Positions 28,732 through 45,216 are shown, counted from the first letter of the stretch. The stretch is 64,000 bases of DNA from Chrysomallon squamiferum (GCA_012295275.1 CM022669.1:9424001-9488000), one strand, 5' to 3'. Numbers and translations are program-made. The notes: a model not told the origin generated them from the letters alone.

Positions 28732-31650
28732 AATACATAAATAAAAAAACAAACACACAAAACGAAAATGTATTCAAAACACAAGAGATAGGAATAAGAT
28801 ATTAACATCAACAATTAGAAAAACGAAATACAACTACTACTACTACTACTACTAATAATAATAATAAATAAATAAATAAATAAATAAATTACTTAATTAG
28901 TAATAGTAATAAGATTTACAAACAAAAATCCGCAGCTTGAAGGAAAAAAAAAAAAAAAAAACACAACAAACAACAACAACAACAACAACAGCAGAACAAT
29001 TATATATAATTGACTTCACTATCTCAGTAGAACAGAAATAAAAAGGGCAATCATACAGTATATATTTATAAGTAATATAACAAAAGGTTAAGTAATAATC
29101 GCTAAGTTTGACCGCAGTTAACCTCTGGGATGGGCTCGTGTCGTTTCGTACGTCTAAAATTGACGTTAGAAAAACGTAAAAGAGGTTGAGAAGAGGTTTT
29201 GGTGGGCAAATCGATGTTTTCAAATGTTTTGTTGTAGTGTTTTGGACTCAATAATGATGAGTGAGTATTGATTGAAGTAAGAGTAAATTTGCAGATTTTA
29301 CGGAGTATTTATGAAATATATTTAAACAATGAGTTTAGCTGTTTATAAATAGTCTGTTTACTGTTATTCCGTTTTATAACACGATGCGTTTGTTATTATA
29401 GGTTAATTTATATTTTTGATGGAGGCGTTTTTGTATTTTTGTTTGCTTATTTTTGTGCATGTGGGCATATAAATATATATGCGTTTGTGTGTGTGTATGT
29501 GTGTATGTGTGTGTGTTTGAGTGTGTGTGTTTGTATGTTTGTGTGTATGTGTTTTATGTGTGTTTGCTTGCATGCATGTATATGTATTGAGTTGCCGAAC
29601 TTTCTATTGTACAAACTTAAAAGTTAATCTGCTTAAATCAAGAACGAATAAGATAAAATATAATACTTTTCTGACATGATAGTTTCCTTGTAACATGATT
29701 TCAGACATAAAATATGATATTTTACTAATCATTTATTATTTAGGTATAACGTGACTTACATTATAAATAAGCTTTAATGTTTTCAGTAACAACAGTCAGA
29801 GCGTAGTGTTACATTTACTGTTACTAGCAAAACCAGCACTAATCACAATGTACTGGAGATAAATACCATACACTGCGATACAGCAGTTAGCCAAATAAAT
29901 AAAATAATAAATACTCCCTAAAGAAAAGATAATAAATAAATTGCCCCCAAAGGAAAACAAAAGAAGAAAAAAAGAAGAGAGAATGAAAATAAACTAACAC
30001 TAAAATTAAATAAAACTAAACTAATAAATAAATAAATAAATATAAAATAAAATGAAAAAAAAAGATGGTCAAATAGGTCGTTGATAAGGATCGATCTAGC
30101 AACCTGATTGCATCTGTTTCATACATTCAGCTCATTGGTATTTAAATCTAGATACAAAACAGCAAGTGTGAGAAATTCGCATGTTTTATTATATATTTAT
30201 ACACATTGTATCTCTCTCAAGACTTTCATTAACCTCCTCATCTCGTAACCATCTTTCGACGTTATAATTAAATTCTCAATTACTCCCTCTTTCTAATCTC
30301 GGGTTATTACGTTTCGACGACAACTGCGCATGCTCCGTCGCAGCTCGTGCCGTGATTCACGTGACGAGAACACGTTGTAATTTTCACGAGAATTAGTTAC
30401 GAACCTGAGATTTTTCTTTACGTCGTTTTGTGTTCTCCGGCTTTAACGTCGACAAAATAATTTGTGTTTCGCGCAGACGAGAGAAGAAATTCGAAGCCGA
30501 TTAGTTTTGTCAGGCTGCATTTTGCTCGACTTCGTCACGCGGAATATGTTGTATAATAACTGTAATTTCATTTACTGTTGAAAGTAAATGGGACACGGTT
30601 ACCGCATGCGGAACAAAATTTTGCGCGGTGAGCGGACAAGTTCATTTTAAACTGTTCGGGTCCGGGTCAAGTTTAAGATCAGGTGTGGGTGTGTAACAGG
30701 GAGAATGAATATAACTAAACTAAGCAAGTTTTTTTTTGTTGTTTTTTTTTGTTATTTTGTTATTTTTTGTTTGGTTGTTTGTTCGTTTAATTTGAGCATT
30801 TCCACCGAAGTTATTTTTAATTCTATTAATAATTTTAGACAGAGCAGCGAAAAGACAGAAATATATAGAAATATAATCATGATCTCTTATGTTGCATAAA
30901 GATATATGTGTCTATATATATGTGTCTATATATATATATGTGTGTGTGTCTATATATATATATAACTAAATAAATATCTATATATCTATACTTATTTACT
31001 TACTTACATAGACTGAAAGATAGATTGACTGACAAATAAATAAATAAATAAATATATAAATGTAAACAATGTTTTCGTAACACACAAATATTTTAACGTT
31101 TATAAAGATTAGAATGAATAGGCATGTGATAATTTATTTTCTGTACGTAGGTAAGTATAAGATAAAAACATCTCGTGTTTCCTGTATATGCAAAAAAATT
31201 GCTTAAAATGAAAAAAAAAAAAAAAAAAATGAAATAAAAATAACGATCTGGTTTCACAACAAGATGTTTTTGTAATGGGGGAAAAATCCGGATTCAAAAA
31301 CAAAAACAAACTGTACCAACAGAAAATTTCATTCACAAAAACAGTGGAACATAAAAATAAACACAAAAATATTTATACAAATCAATATTACATTCTTAAA
31401 AAAACTAAATGAAAAGATTACTACTTACGATTTGCGTAAGTGATTTTAAAATAAGTTATTGACCACGTTTCGTTGGTAAATCCCACTCGTTTTGTCAAGT
31501 CGTTTATGACGTCATAATGCCGTGACCTTCTACCTCAGTAATATAAATGCAAATGTCGTTTTTAAACGAAAGAATGAAACGAAGAATAATAGAAAACAAG
31601 TGGGCGTACGTCGACGTCGTCGTCATTATTATTATTAGTAGTAGTAGTAT

Positions 31651-31758
<108 letters not shown>

Positions 31759-31976
31759 CGGTAGTAGTAGTAGTAGTAGTAGTAGCAGCAAGCAGCAACA
31801 GCAGCAGTAGTAGTAGTAGTAGTAGCAGTAGTAGTAGTAGTAGCAATAATAGTAGTAGTTGTAGCTATTGTAGTAATAATGACAGCAGCTCACTTTATTT
31901 CTGTAAATTTTCACGCAACTGTCAGATTATATAGTAAATCTACAATCAAACCCATGTCTCTCTATTTCTGAGATTA

Positions 31977-32032
<56 letters not shown>

Positions 32033-32752
32033 TTGTTCACAGACACATATATAAACCAAATCAAAGAAATAAATAATAAAAAACCACGGATACAGTTTTA
32101 CTTTTATCAGAATTTCATGTAAACACGTGACAGTTAAAACTGCACAGATATCAGGAAAGTAGTCTGTCTAGTTTGTTATTATATACACAACAATTTCGCG
32201 TGCTGTTTCCGTCTCGAACCGCCGGAAATCAATTTCTCGACGTAATTACGTATATTACATTGAACCCAGTGATCGGAAAACTAATTTATTATAGATTTCA
32301 TTAATTATCTTATAACGAACGTGAAACGGCTAGCTGGTATGTTTGCTTCTTTTCTTCTCTTCTGCTTATTAAAACTGTTCTGTTGACCCCCTCAGGTATG
32401 CTATACGTTGATGCAGTACTGTGAGCAGTGTTTATTAAATGTTCTTTTAACGGGTCCGTACGCGATTCTGGGAAATGTCTTGAGGGAAAAAAGCGAGGTC
32501 GTAATAAGTGAATAAATGAATAATCGAGGACGAAGGGAGGCAGTTTAAACAGCCACAGACGGAAGTTAATGTGGTTGCAAGTCTCGCCTGATGTCTATTA
32601 AATATACTTATCACTGTATTGGAAGGAAGTAGAAGCGATTTTTCTCTTTTTCTGGGTTAATGTCCGTGTGGGGGTCTGTTGTTAAATTTCTCCGTGTGTC
32701 CCGAGGTAACTGAAAAATAGAGAGGTGCGAAATGAATTCAGAGAAATATTTG

Positions 32753-32803
<51 letters not shown>

Positions 32804-33944
32804 GAGAGCACAAAACACACTCAAGTCCAGGTATGTTGTATGGTTGCAACTGGTATTAACGAGATTAGAACTCGCTACCTGCAGATCTGTTAACGCAGTT
32901 TTAAAAATACACTTTCCAAAAAGGTAACAAAACTGACGGTAAATCTGTGAAATGCACTCGTCTCGTGACATGCATCCCTTGTACTTCGCAACTCAGAAAT
33001 TGATTTCATTTCTATGGGCGCCTCGTGCATTGCAAATGACGTTGTCGGAAACCGCGTGTCAAACATTCGTTTCGATTAATGAAAATTTCTTTAGTCTATT
33101 CCCCTGTTGACAATTTGTCTACACAATAGAAAAAATAATTGCTTGTGTCGTAGTTTTCTTTCAGTGTACTGAGAATAATATTATAGTTTTCTGTTGCCAT
33201 TTACTTAATGCGACAAACACATACACATATCATGTGTATTCATACTCTCTCTCTCTCACACACACATACATACATACACAAACACACAGATACACACACA
33301 TATATAAACAACAATAACAACAACAACAAAATGGCTTGAAAAATAATAAACAAATAAATAATAATAACAATAATAATAATAATAATAAATTTAAAATAAC
33401 AAAATAATAATGAAAAATAACAAAGAAATCCTAAAGAAAAACAACAACAAAAACAACAGTAACAAATACAGCAAAACAACCAAAAAATAAAAAAAAAAAA
33501 AGCAACCCACAATAATAAATAAATAAAGCACAACCAAAATGACAAACAGCTGAAAGCAAATTGAAAAAATAAAAAAAATAAAACAATAAAACCCCAGTAT
33601 AACAAAGCAAATTATTTACAAGCGATGATTCAAAGTGAATTCAGTTTGAGAGGAAACTACGTACGTTATAATTAACTGTCACGTACAGCAGCACAGTTTA
33701 TAGAAGTTCTCGGCGAAACTGAACCGATCAGAGATTTATTACACAACAAGAGATGAGATCTCGTCTAGGAAAATGAAATGACGTTATCTACAAGTCGTAA
33801 TTTTTGTACACGAGGGAATTCACACTGAAAAAAACCCACAAAGAATTAGACTGCGAAAGATCTGAGTTAAAAATAATCAAATAAAACCACAAACATAAGA
33901 AAAAGAACAAAAGAAAATAATATTGAGAAAACGACGATGATAAA

Positions 33945-33985
<41 letters not shown>

Positions 33986-34064
33986 CAAAAAAGTTTATCC
34001 ATTTGTAAGGAAAACGGGTTCAAATCCATAGTAGATTTTAATAGCAGTGTTGATAATGACCAGT

Positions 34065-34165
<101 letters not shown>

Positions 34166-34896
34166 ACACACACACGCACGCACACACACACCCACACACA
34201 CACAGACACACATAAATTATTTCATACTGCGTTGTTAATGTGAAAATCTCTTTTACTGGTTTTTAATTTAGCCGCGTGTCATTAATAATTAATTAAATTT
34301 CGTCAATAATCAATATCCGTCACGTGTTCACGCGGTGCCTCTAATTAATTACTCGCGCGCGGTAAATGAGTTCTGCGCGTCCACATGAGGTGATGACACC
34401 CGTCTAATGAGTTTCTCTCGTGTCACGTGATCTCCCCCAGAATCCGTTAATGATTAAACAAGTCATCCTGATGAAATGTTACATTGTAAAACACCTGAAC
34501 ATCTGTCTATACACACACACAAACATAGGCACACGTACACACAAACACACAAACACACAGTCACACGCGCAAACATACATGCACATACAGACACACATGA
34601 CACATACAAAACTGCTCACATACACAAACGCAGTTAGACACGCGCACAACACTTTTACAGAATATACACACAAACGCACGAATTATATATTACACACGTA
34701 AACAAATAGTCATACATTAATTAAAAAGGTCCGCTTATTTATTTATTTATTTTTATTAAGATATAAATAAATAAATAAATAAATAAATAAATACACTGAA
34801 ATTACCTAAACGGAAAAAGAAGAAAAAATCTAAGAAAGTAAAACAAAACAGAAATAGGTATATGATAGATAGACAGAAAAGCAGACAGAGAGATAC

Positions 34897-34950
<54 letters not shown>

Positions 34951-35525
34951 TAAGATACGACAGAAAATTCTCATGAAAGAGAAGCTACTAAAATGTATCT
35001 TTAAAGGAAATTTCACTAAACGTGTCTCTAGTTGCACACGTCTCAAAGTGACAGCCCGAGAAAAGCGTGTGAACCGCTAGATATCGATTTATCGACACGT
35101 GCAGTGCAGACATTTCTACTCAACGCTTTGAACGCTTAGAAACAGCCCTCTCACCAGTTAGTAATGTAAACCTGGGAATAAAATTGATCTGTTGAAATGT
35201 AAACATTTTTTTTAGAAAGAACATTGTCTTTACATTAAGTACATTGGCTCAAATATTTGTCTGTTTTTTTTTTTTCATCTTTAAAAAAAAAAAAAAAAAA
35301 AAAAAATTGAAAATAAAAATGTTAAAATAAAAATAATAAAAAAAATGATTTCTTTTTATAACGGTTTCTTTCATCTGTTTCTTTCTTCTTTTTACTGGAA
35401 GTAAAATAAATAAGGTGAAATGGATTCACTTAGATAGAAACAAACTAAACACGAAGGGTGGTTTCAGAATGTAACGAATATGTTCCCTCACATTGATAAA
35501 TGTGCTCTGGTATTAAACGAATAGA

Positions 35526-35559
<34 letters not shown>

Positions 35560-36746
35560 GTTATTATTATTATTATTATTGTTGTTGTTTTTCTTGTTGT
35601 TGTTGTTGTTGCTGCTGCTGCTGCTGCTGTTGTTGTTGGTGATGTTATTTTTGTTGTTGTTGTAGTCCTTATTTCCTGGAATAGGCAGGTTGTGACATAT
35701 TTAATTATTTGAAATAAGTATGTAAACAAATTAATAAGTAAATAACAACGGTGAATGATACATATGTAATGGACTGTTATAAAACAGTTTAGTAAGCCCA
35801 TAAAAAATACATCTTTCTAATTACAATTAAAGCGATGTTATATTTCTCTTACTATATTCGCGATATTTAATTCTGTGTTTTGACCCGAATGGTCTACCAT
35901 ACTTCGACTGCCAGTTACAGCTGTTTGATGGGTCGTGTTGTTTCCTGAAATACGCGGCTTGTCGTGACATATTTAATTATAATAATAATTACAAAAAAAA
36001 AAAAAAAAAAAGTTTTCTTAAGGTGGATCGAATAAGTATGAATACAATTACAAACTCAGACAAAGTGATTTATCTAGGTAATTATTTATTTATATATGTT
36101 GGGTATGATGTTAGAATATTAATACTGTTGATTTATATAATTAACATTTATGTTATTTCGCTGGTTATTAACACTGGATTATTTCCGGGCTGCGCCGACC
36201 TCGTATTCTTCATCATCTGAAATAACAACAACGTCAGCAGCATCAGAAACAACAGTACAACAGCAACAACAACAACTACTACTACAGCAACAACAATATG
36301 ATGACGATGATAATAATAATAATAGCTGTAGTAGTAGTAATAGTGGTATTAATGACGATTATAATTATGATTATGACGATAATGATGATAATGATGATGA
36401 TGACGTTGTATAAGCTAATTAATTATTTGTGTTCTATTTTTACGTCGTCGTAGCACGTGCAATCCAGTCTGTCACCCTCCGTCACTATGAACCCCCCACA
36501 GAAACCATCACTGAAACGTTTATAGTGCGTTTTCAAAAAGAACTCCCTTGACACGTCTGTTCAACGAAACACACAGTCGTATTCTGAAAATGTAGAGTCC
36601 CAGAGGTGACGTTAAGTTGAGTTAATTTTTAAAACACTACACAATTCATTGTACTCTGAGTAAAATTTAATATCTCGTAACTTGACGATCGCAGTGTAAA
36701 TGCAGCCAGCTAGAAACTAAAAAGCATTGTACCATATATCAAGAAG

Positions 36747-36820
<74 letters not shown>

Positions 36821-37783
36821 AAGAAATACATTTGTTACAGTTTCTATGTATCGTAATTTCTCCAAATGGACAGTAGATAACAAGTTTGCTTTACTTTTTA
36901 TTTTTTATATTTTTTAATTTTTTATATTCATATTTATTATTATTATTATTATTAGTTATTTTTTTAAATTATTACTTTTTTTAATTGCGTGTCCCTTTTA
37001 GAATTATCTGTAACAAACACAGAAGACGCATCTACGTTTTCTTTGTTTCATATTAATCCCAGCTGTTTGTTTTTGTACCCACACTGTTTTGTACCCAGTC
37101 TAAGATGTGGCTGGTAGTAAGATCAATCCTCCTTATTGGATTTTTGCCCGTTCCTGACAGTGGCTCTGGAAAGGTAAAATACTATCCACCTTTGTATCTA
37201 TGGATGGGTTCTTACAAAAAACTTCTAGATGCTAATTAAAAATAAAGAATAAAACTAAAAATACTCTTCGTTTGTCGACAATAGTTTCCTCTGTAGTAAC
37301 CTGTATAGCAGTAACCAAGGACATTTCACCAAAATACGATGAAACTAAAAATACGTTGACTACGCCTTTAAATGAAACATGTTGCTCTCTCTTAATTTCA
37401 TCTCTAGTGCAAGTGACCTGTACAAATGGAAAAACATTGCTAGACTGTTTTGTTCCACTTATCACTGTTCCTGGCTAAAAATTAGATATTTGCTACATTT
37501 GCTTTTTTTTTTTATATAACATTCGAAAACAGTTATTTAGAATTATATTTTATAAACTGTTTAAGACAATATTGTTAATTCAAGGTAACTTATGTTTCAA
37601 ATTACAAGAAATAATAAGATTAGATCTTTCTGTTACAAAAATGTCCAGCTACTAATCAATTAGATATGAACGTAAAAACAGAAATATCAAATTTCTACTA
37701 AAATTAATGACTTTAATAAATTACAATATTTGGATTTCTTATTTCTCTCTCTGCCTCTCTCTTCCTTTCTGTATGTCTGTCTG

Positions 37784-37910
<127 letters not shown>

Positions 37911-39232
37911 CTCTATCGTTCTCTTTCTCACTCTGTTTCTGTCTCTTTTATTCCCTCTTTTCATCTCTAACCCTTCTCTCTGTTTCTCTGCCATCATCTA
38001 CTAAAATACATATTTTTATTTGACAGGATGTCTGGGTATAATCCCAACTTCTTCCCCAGTTTCCATCTTCATGTCTGTCTACACCACAGATTTATAAAAC
38101 ATTAATAGAAACTTTAAAACATATATATATATATATATATGTTAAAAAATTCTTCATAGAATCTACCAGAGTAGTCTTTACTGAGACTGTTCTCTTTGCT
38201 AAATGCCACTGACACGACGCTAAAGACTTAAAACACTAAGTGATTCTTACTAACGTGAAGCTACTTGGCCGATGTTTGTCCAGTCTAATGATCGAGATTG
38301 GCCGCACGTTTACAGAGTTCCCAGAACAAACTGAAAATATTGTCCTATTAAGAGAGCAAACATCAGCCGGTGTCGTTTCATAAATTATTCCCGTGAATGG
38401 ACTCTCCGCGGAATCGCTCTGACATCACGACCGAAGAGGAGAAGCTTCGCAGCAAGAGGAAAATGGCGCAGCTAATTAACTGATGTTGGTCATCTTCTGG
38501 TTCTGTGTCGTGTTTGCCTGACTCTGCATAGCTTGATCTATGCGCCAAGAAGAATTTGTTCGGCCATTAACGCAGTTCGGGTCTTTGTGGACTTAAGTTG
38601 AGTTGCCTGGATGAAGTTGAGTGGGTTTTGTTTACCGTGCAAAAGAGCTGGAGATTTTCGTTGTGTTTTCTGAACGTTTTTTTTTTTATTTTAAGTTTTT
38701 AAATTGCATCGATTTTTATCTCGATTAAATAAGTTACAATTTCATTTCTTTCCTGACTTATATAAACACGCACATTTTGACAGACACGTAGATGCATACA
38801 CAAACAGACGTATTATTATTGGTTATTTTACGTCTGTGTTTATATTTTATCTTAAAGAACAGATGGTAATGTAGTGGCATACAATAAAAAAAAAAAGCCC
38901 ATCAAAATATTTCAGAATCTTAGAGGAAATGGAATTTTTCACGTAATCAATACTGACACCGTGGAAACTCATATAAATATTTGTTAAATTACGTTTCTTC
39001 GGTTTCGCGAGAACATTTGTCCGGAAGTTCCTGCCATTATAGTCTGACGTCACGCGCAAGGACTTCCGGTGTCAAGAGGAAGTATCGACAGCTGCGAGAG
39101 TCGGGTATTACCTGTATGTGACCAGCTGCGTCTACGATTTATTGATTGTGTTTGATGCAGGTAGATTTATGTCTCCCGAGATAAAACAGCTTCCTGCCCC
39201 GATATTGACTGGCTTGCCTTAACGACGTCGTC

Positions 39233-39340
<108 letters not shown>

Positions 39341-39736
39341 TGTACACAGCTTTATCAACAAGAATAATGTATTTCACTTTCTCTTTATTCATCTATCCAT
39401 CTTTCTGTTTGTTCGTCCGTCCGCCTGTCTTTCTTTCTTTGCTTCATATACCTGTCTGTCTGTCTCGCGCACTGTCTGTCTGTATATCTATATGACTGCC
39501 TATCTGTGTCTGTCTGTCTGTGCCTGTCTCTCTGAGTGAGTGTATCTTCTGAAAACTATGTTTATAGATAAACAAGATAAGAGACAAAAATAGACCGATT
39601 TAAAACACATGACACTTTTTCCACACTTTATCATAAATATATATATTTTTTTCCTGTGGTCTTCTTTTTTAATTCTTTGAAGCCAAGCACACGTTGATCT
39701 GAGATTTTGTCTTATCTGAAAACATTAATCGTAAAG

Positions 39737-39826
39737 ATGAAGCATTTTGTAGTATTTGTGTGTCTATTGATAATTGTTTCTGCCGCATATGCAGGTAATT
39801 TTGTTTTATATCTATTTATATGTATT

Positions 39827-39876
<50 letters not shown>

Positions 39877-40429
39877 AATACCAGTTACTGTGTGTCTAAT
39901 AAACAAGCATTAACATTATAATATATATACATATAAATACATATAAACAGATATTGAATAAATTATATATTATAATGTTAATGCTTTGTTCATTATACAC
40001 ACAGACAGACAAAAATGGTGAATGGACGTTAAATGCAGTGAAAACTTTACCATGTGTGTCATTTTCAGATTTGTTGTCTGGTTTTACGTCATCAGATACT
40101 AACACTGTACAGTAACAGGATTACTTATGTAAATATTTCTGTGTGTTACGTGTGTTCTCAAAGTGTTATGCACAAAATCTGTTATTTGATTCTTTCATTT
40201 AATTCTCTTGTACTGTTAGACATATTGTTTAAAATATTTAGTCTGTGACTGTCGATGTTGCTGTTGATGTTAATACTATGGTAGCAGTCGTTGTTGTCTT
40301 AGTTATTGTTGTTGGAAATGTAGTAAACCTTAATATTACTGTAATATGCATCTTTGTGGTGATCTTACTTATCATAGATTACTTTATATTATTATTATTA
40401 TTACTACTACTACTACTACTATTATTATT

Positions 40430-40485
<56 letters not shown>

Positions 40486-40632
40486 TTAGCGGCTCTCAAC
40501 CACGGAGATTGTTATTATAACGGTCAGTACTATACAGAAGGATCCGGGTTCAAATCCGCTGACGGTTGCAACAACTGCGGCTGCAACAACGGCATGGTGA
40601 TATGCACGCAGATGGCGTGCTTGGCAATTTGA
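39737..40632 (+). CDS. Gene A: secreted single-domain pacifastin/VWC-like 6-Cys peptide, 66 aa
   Basis: Exon1 39737-39794 (MKHFVVFVCLLIIVSAAYA, G|GTAATT); exon2 40490-40632 (TTTTAG|): AALNHGDCYYNGQYYTEGSGFKSADGCNNCGCNNGMVICTQMACLAI*. AATAAA at 40681. Confidence 0.9.
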
Positions 40633-40761
40633 GATACGTTGTAGTCTTGAAAGTGTTTCAGTCGCTCTTCTGTAGAAAGAAATAAAATATATTTAGAAAT
40701 TTATCTTTATTTTTTTATCTTTCTCTGATTAATAAGTATAATAGGTAGTATTTTTAAAAGA

Positions 40762-40811
<50 letters not shown>

Positions 40812-41001
40812 TTGATTATTATTAGTAGTAGAATATTAGTATTATTAGTATCAATATTATTACTTTCACTCTCGTTCACTCACACGCACACACATACACA
40901 CAAACGCATTCACACACATGCACAAAACAAACACAAATACACACACAAAACACACACAAAAACACATACACAAACAAAACAAACACAAAAAAACACACAC
41001 A

Positions 41002-41137
<136 letters not shown>

Positions 41138-41343
41138 GTTTCCCGATCTTTCAGTCTTCCTCTCTTCATGAGTTCAGAATGCTGTACTGAGATATGAAAG
41201 ATAAACGAGGCTTGTCCTGTCATCTGTTATTTTACACACCTTGTTATCACAAGTTTTTACTTTTCTAAACCTAGTCTTCTTTTATTCAAACTCCACAAAC
41301 CAAACACACTTTGAAAATCTGTCACAGAAAACTGATCTGAAAG

Positions 41344-41604
41344 ATGACACGTTTTGTAACATTTCTCTGTCTGTGCGTCTGTCTCTCAGCTGTGTACGGG
41401 GGTAAGTTTCCTTAAGTTTTTTATTTTATTTTATTTTATTTTATTTTAATTTTTTAAAATATTCTACAGCAGCTACCTACAAAAATGGACAGACATAGAA
41501 AATTAAGACAGATGTGCACACAAGCCTACTTTTTCAAACATACACCCATACATATTTACAAATATACATACATACAAACAAACACACAAACATACATATA
41601 TACA

Positions 41605-41637
<33 letters not shown>

Positions 41638-41804
41638 TTACATATATACATACATACAAACATACAAACACACATACATGCATATTTATTTATTTATTTT
41701 TATTATTACATATTACAAACATTTAATTATTATTACAAACATACATACATATATATTATTTACATTACATACATACATTATTATTATTATTTTATTTATT
41801 TATT

Positions 41805-41861
<57 letters not shown>

Positions 41862-42026
41862 TTAGCGGCTCTCAACCACGGAGACTGTTATTATAACGGT
41901 CAGTACTATACAGAAGGATCCCGGTTCAAATCCGCCGACGGCTGCAACAGATGCGGATGCAGCAACGGCATCGTCATTTGTACAAAGATGGCTTGTTCCA
42001 TCATCAGTAAAAATTATTTATCCTAA
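41344..42026 (+). CDS. Gene B: secreted single-domain pacifastin/VWC-like 6-Cys peptide, 72 aa
   Basis: Exon1 41344-41401 (MTRFVTFLCLCVCLSAVYG, G|GTAAGT); exon2 41866-42026: AALNHGDCYYNGQYYTEGSRFKSADGCNRCGCSNGIVICTKMACSIISKNYLS*. AATAAA at 42065. Confidence 0.9.
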
Positions 42027-42420
42027 CAGTCGTTATACCATACCAGTTTGGTACAAGAAAGGAAAATAAATTATGTCAATAATTTGTGTTTATAATTTGT
42101 CTTAATTTGTTTTCATGCTAATTATAAGAAAACTAAATTAGAGTTATCGGTAACGGTTCATCGACAACAAGCTTTACGAAGTTGTGTCCCCTGAACAACA
42201 TATGCCGTTGTAATTATATTGTGTTGTTTTATTTTAAATGTTTTGGATGACAGCATAGGGCGCAGAGAGATCTGTCTTGCAGTGTACGGTTGTGGTCAAC
42301 AATTAACGTCGTCATTTGAATACAAAGGAAAGCGCATACTACTCGGATTAGATCTGTCAGATATTTTTCTATATTTCGATTTTGTTTCTGTGACCACTGA
42401 TCTAGTCATTTTTTTTCTTC

Positions 42421-42466
<46 letters not shown>

Positions 42467-42803
42467 GGGAAAAACAAAAAGAAAAGAATGAAAAGAAATA
42501 TTAAAAAAAAAATAAAAAAAATATCCATCCGGAAAACGAAGATATGGATATTACCAAAAATAAATAAAATGAAATAAATTATCAATTAAAAAAAAAAATA
42601 TATATATATATATAACAACTTTAAAAATGTGTCATTAATCAACCAACAACATCCAACCCCCCTCCCAAAAAAACAACAACAAAAAAACAAGCAACGAAGA
42701 CAAGCACTTGAAAAACACATGAATTGTTTTTATACATGTTGTTTGTCAGATTATGTGGCGCAGATTCATTCTTACCATCCTTCTTTGATATAGCTTATCA
42801 CGA

Positions 42804-42842
42804 GTCACGTGACCACTGTCCATGTGTCATTATTTCACACCT
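42804..42842 (+). promoter_or_regulatory. GTCACGTGAC E-box palindrome plus TCACACCT motif upstream of gene C
   Basis: GTCACGTGAC at 42804, 44707, 46662 and 48576; GTCACGTG at 52299 and 53218. All lie 120-141 nt before the ATG. TCACACCT follows it in C-F and I. Confidence 0.5.
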
Positions 42843-42939
42843 ACCTCTGTCTTTTTTCTCTTTCTCTTTCGCAGACTTTATTTATCAGTGAACCAGACGG
42901 AAAACCTATCTAAAACGTGTTGTTGTCAAATTGGACATT

Positions 42940-43082
42940 ATGAAGGTTGCGGTTGTCTTGTGTCTTTTGGCTGTTTCTGTTTGTACCTGGACAGGTATTT
43001 TGACTAATCAGTTTAAAAATACTTTTACAGAGTCCCTTCATTCTTACATGTATTTTCCACACACACACACACACACATATAA

Positions 43083-43120
<38 letters not shown>

Positions 43121-43168
43121 AAACAGACAGAGAGAGAGAGACAGAGAAAGAGATAGAGAGATAGAGAC

Positions 43169-43235
<67 letters not shown>

Positions 43236-43825
43236 CTAATATGTTATTTAGAAAAATTAAAGATCTACAAAACTACTACTACTACTACTACTACTACTAC
43301 CACTTCTATTACTTCTAATCTACCGCTGCCACTACCACCGCAACTACTGCTTCTACTTCTACTACTACTACTGCTACAACTACTACCTCTACTACTACTA
43401 CTGTTTGCTATTGTTGCTAAAACTATTACTATTACTACTGCTACAACTAACGATATTACTATCACTTCTTCTACTATATCGACATCCACATATTTCTACA
43501 TACGACCAGAAGACCATTCTACTACAGCCACCACCATTACTGCAACTACCACCACCACCACCAACAACGTCACTACTGCTGTTACACTGCAAATATCATC
43601 ACCACCACTACCACTACTAAATTAATTTCGTTTCTTACAGCGCCTTTAGTGCAGACACCCGTACCTCTACAACCAGACGAATGCTACTACAACGGCAAAA
43701 TCTACCACAAAGGCGACAGCTTTAAAGACGCCGAAGACTGCAACACATGCGGCTGCGGCGGCAACAACATGGTCATGTGTACCCTGATGATTTGTTTCAA
43801 GAATCCGATCCGACTGCTTATCTAA
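42940..43825 (+). CDS. Gene C: secreted single-domain pacifastin/VWC-like 6-Cys peptide, 79 aa
   Basis: Exon1 42940-42994 (MKVAVVLCLLAVSVCTWT, G|GTATTT); exon2 43641-43825: APLVQTPVPLQPDECYYNGKIYHKGDSFKDAEDCNTCGCGGNNMVMCTLMICFKNPIRLLI*. AATAAA at 43903. Confidence 0.9.
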
Positions 43826-44439
43826 TCTTTTCGATGTCTCGAGATGTTTTCTGTGAAAGAAAAACAAAACAGTAACAACAGACAGCGTATTAAACAGCTT
43901 TTAATAAACTAAAGTGTTTTCAAAACATTCGTTACTTTTTTAATTTTTTTTTTTTTCTGTTACGTTGAATTATGACAGAAGGAATGACAGACATTTTTTT
44001 TTTTTTTCTTTTCTTTATTTTTGTTTTGTTTCGTTTTGTTTATTACTTATTGTTCTTTCTGACTGTTATTGTTACGATTTTTTCGTTTGTTTTATTCATT
44101 CTATTATTGTTTCGCTCTTTTATTTTTTTCTTACTTTTGTAACTGTTTCTTTCCATTTCGTTATTTCCTCCATTCTATTAATTTATTCTTGTTGATTAAT
44201 TTGTTACTCCATTTCTAAAAAAAAAATTATTGGAGAAAAAAACGAGAAGAAAAGAAAGAACTAAAAAAAAAAAAACAACAAACCACAAACAAAAAAATCC
44301 ATAAAACCCCCATAAGATACCCCCACAAAAACAGAAGAAAAAACCCCAGAACCCCCCCAAACCAACAACAAAACAAAACAAAAACAAACAACGATTTAAT
44401 ATTTCACATCCATATACAAAACTAATACATGGTTATTAC

Positions 44440-44478
<39 letters not shown>

Positions 44479-44847
44479 AAAAAAAAAACTTTAAAATGAA
44501 ATAAACAAACTTTAAAAAGAAAACCAATAACAACAACAAAAAAAATCAACAAACAACCAACAACAAAAATAAAAAAAAAAAAAAAAAAAAAAAAACCCGA
44601 AGATATGCACTTGAAAAACACATCAAATGTTTTTATACATGTTGTTTGTCAGATTATGTGGCGCAAATTCATTCTTACCATCCTTCTTTGATATAGCTTA
44701 TCACGAGTCACGTGACCACTTTCCATGTGTCATTATTTCACACCTACTATCTCTGTCTTTTTTTCTCTTTCTCTTTCGCAGACTTCTGTTTATCAGTGAA
44801 ACAGACAGAAAACACATCTAAAACGTGTTGTTGTCAAACTGCACATT

Positions 44848-44989
44848 ATGAAGGTTGCGATTGTCTTGTGTCTTTTGGCTGTTACTGTTTGCACCTGGGC
44901 AGGTAATTTGTTTAATCAGTTTAAAAATACTTTTACAGAGTCCCTTCATTCTTACATGTATTTCCACACACACACAGACACACATATAA

Positions 44990-45032
<43 letters not shown>

Positions 45033-45071
45033 CAGACAGAGAGAGAGAGGGAGACAAACAGAGTGAGAGAT

Positions 45072-45102
<31 letters not shown>

Positions 45103-45184
45103 TAGAGACAGAGAGAGACAGAAAGAGAGAAAGAGAGAGAGAGATACTAATATGTTATTTAAAAAATCAAAGATCTACAAAACG

Positions 45185-45216
<32 letters not shown>

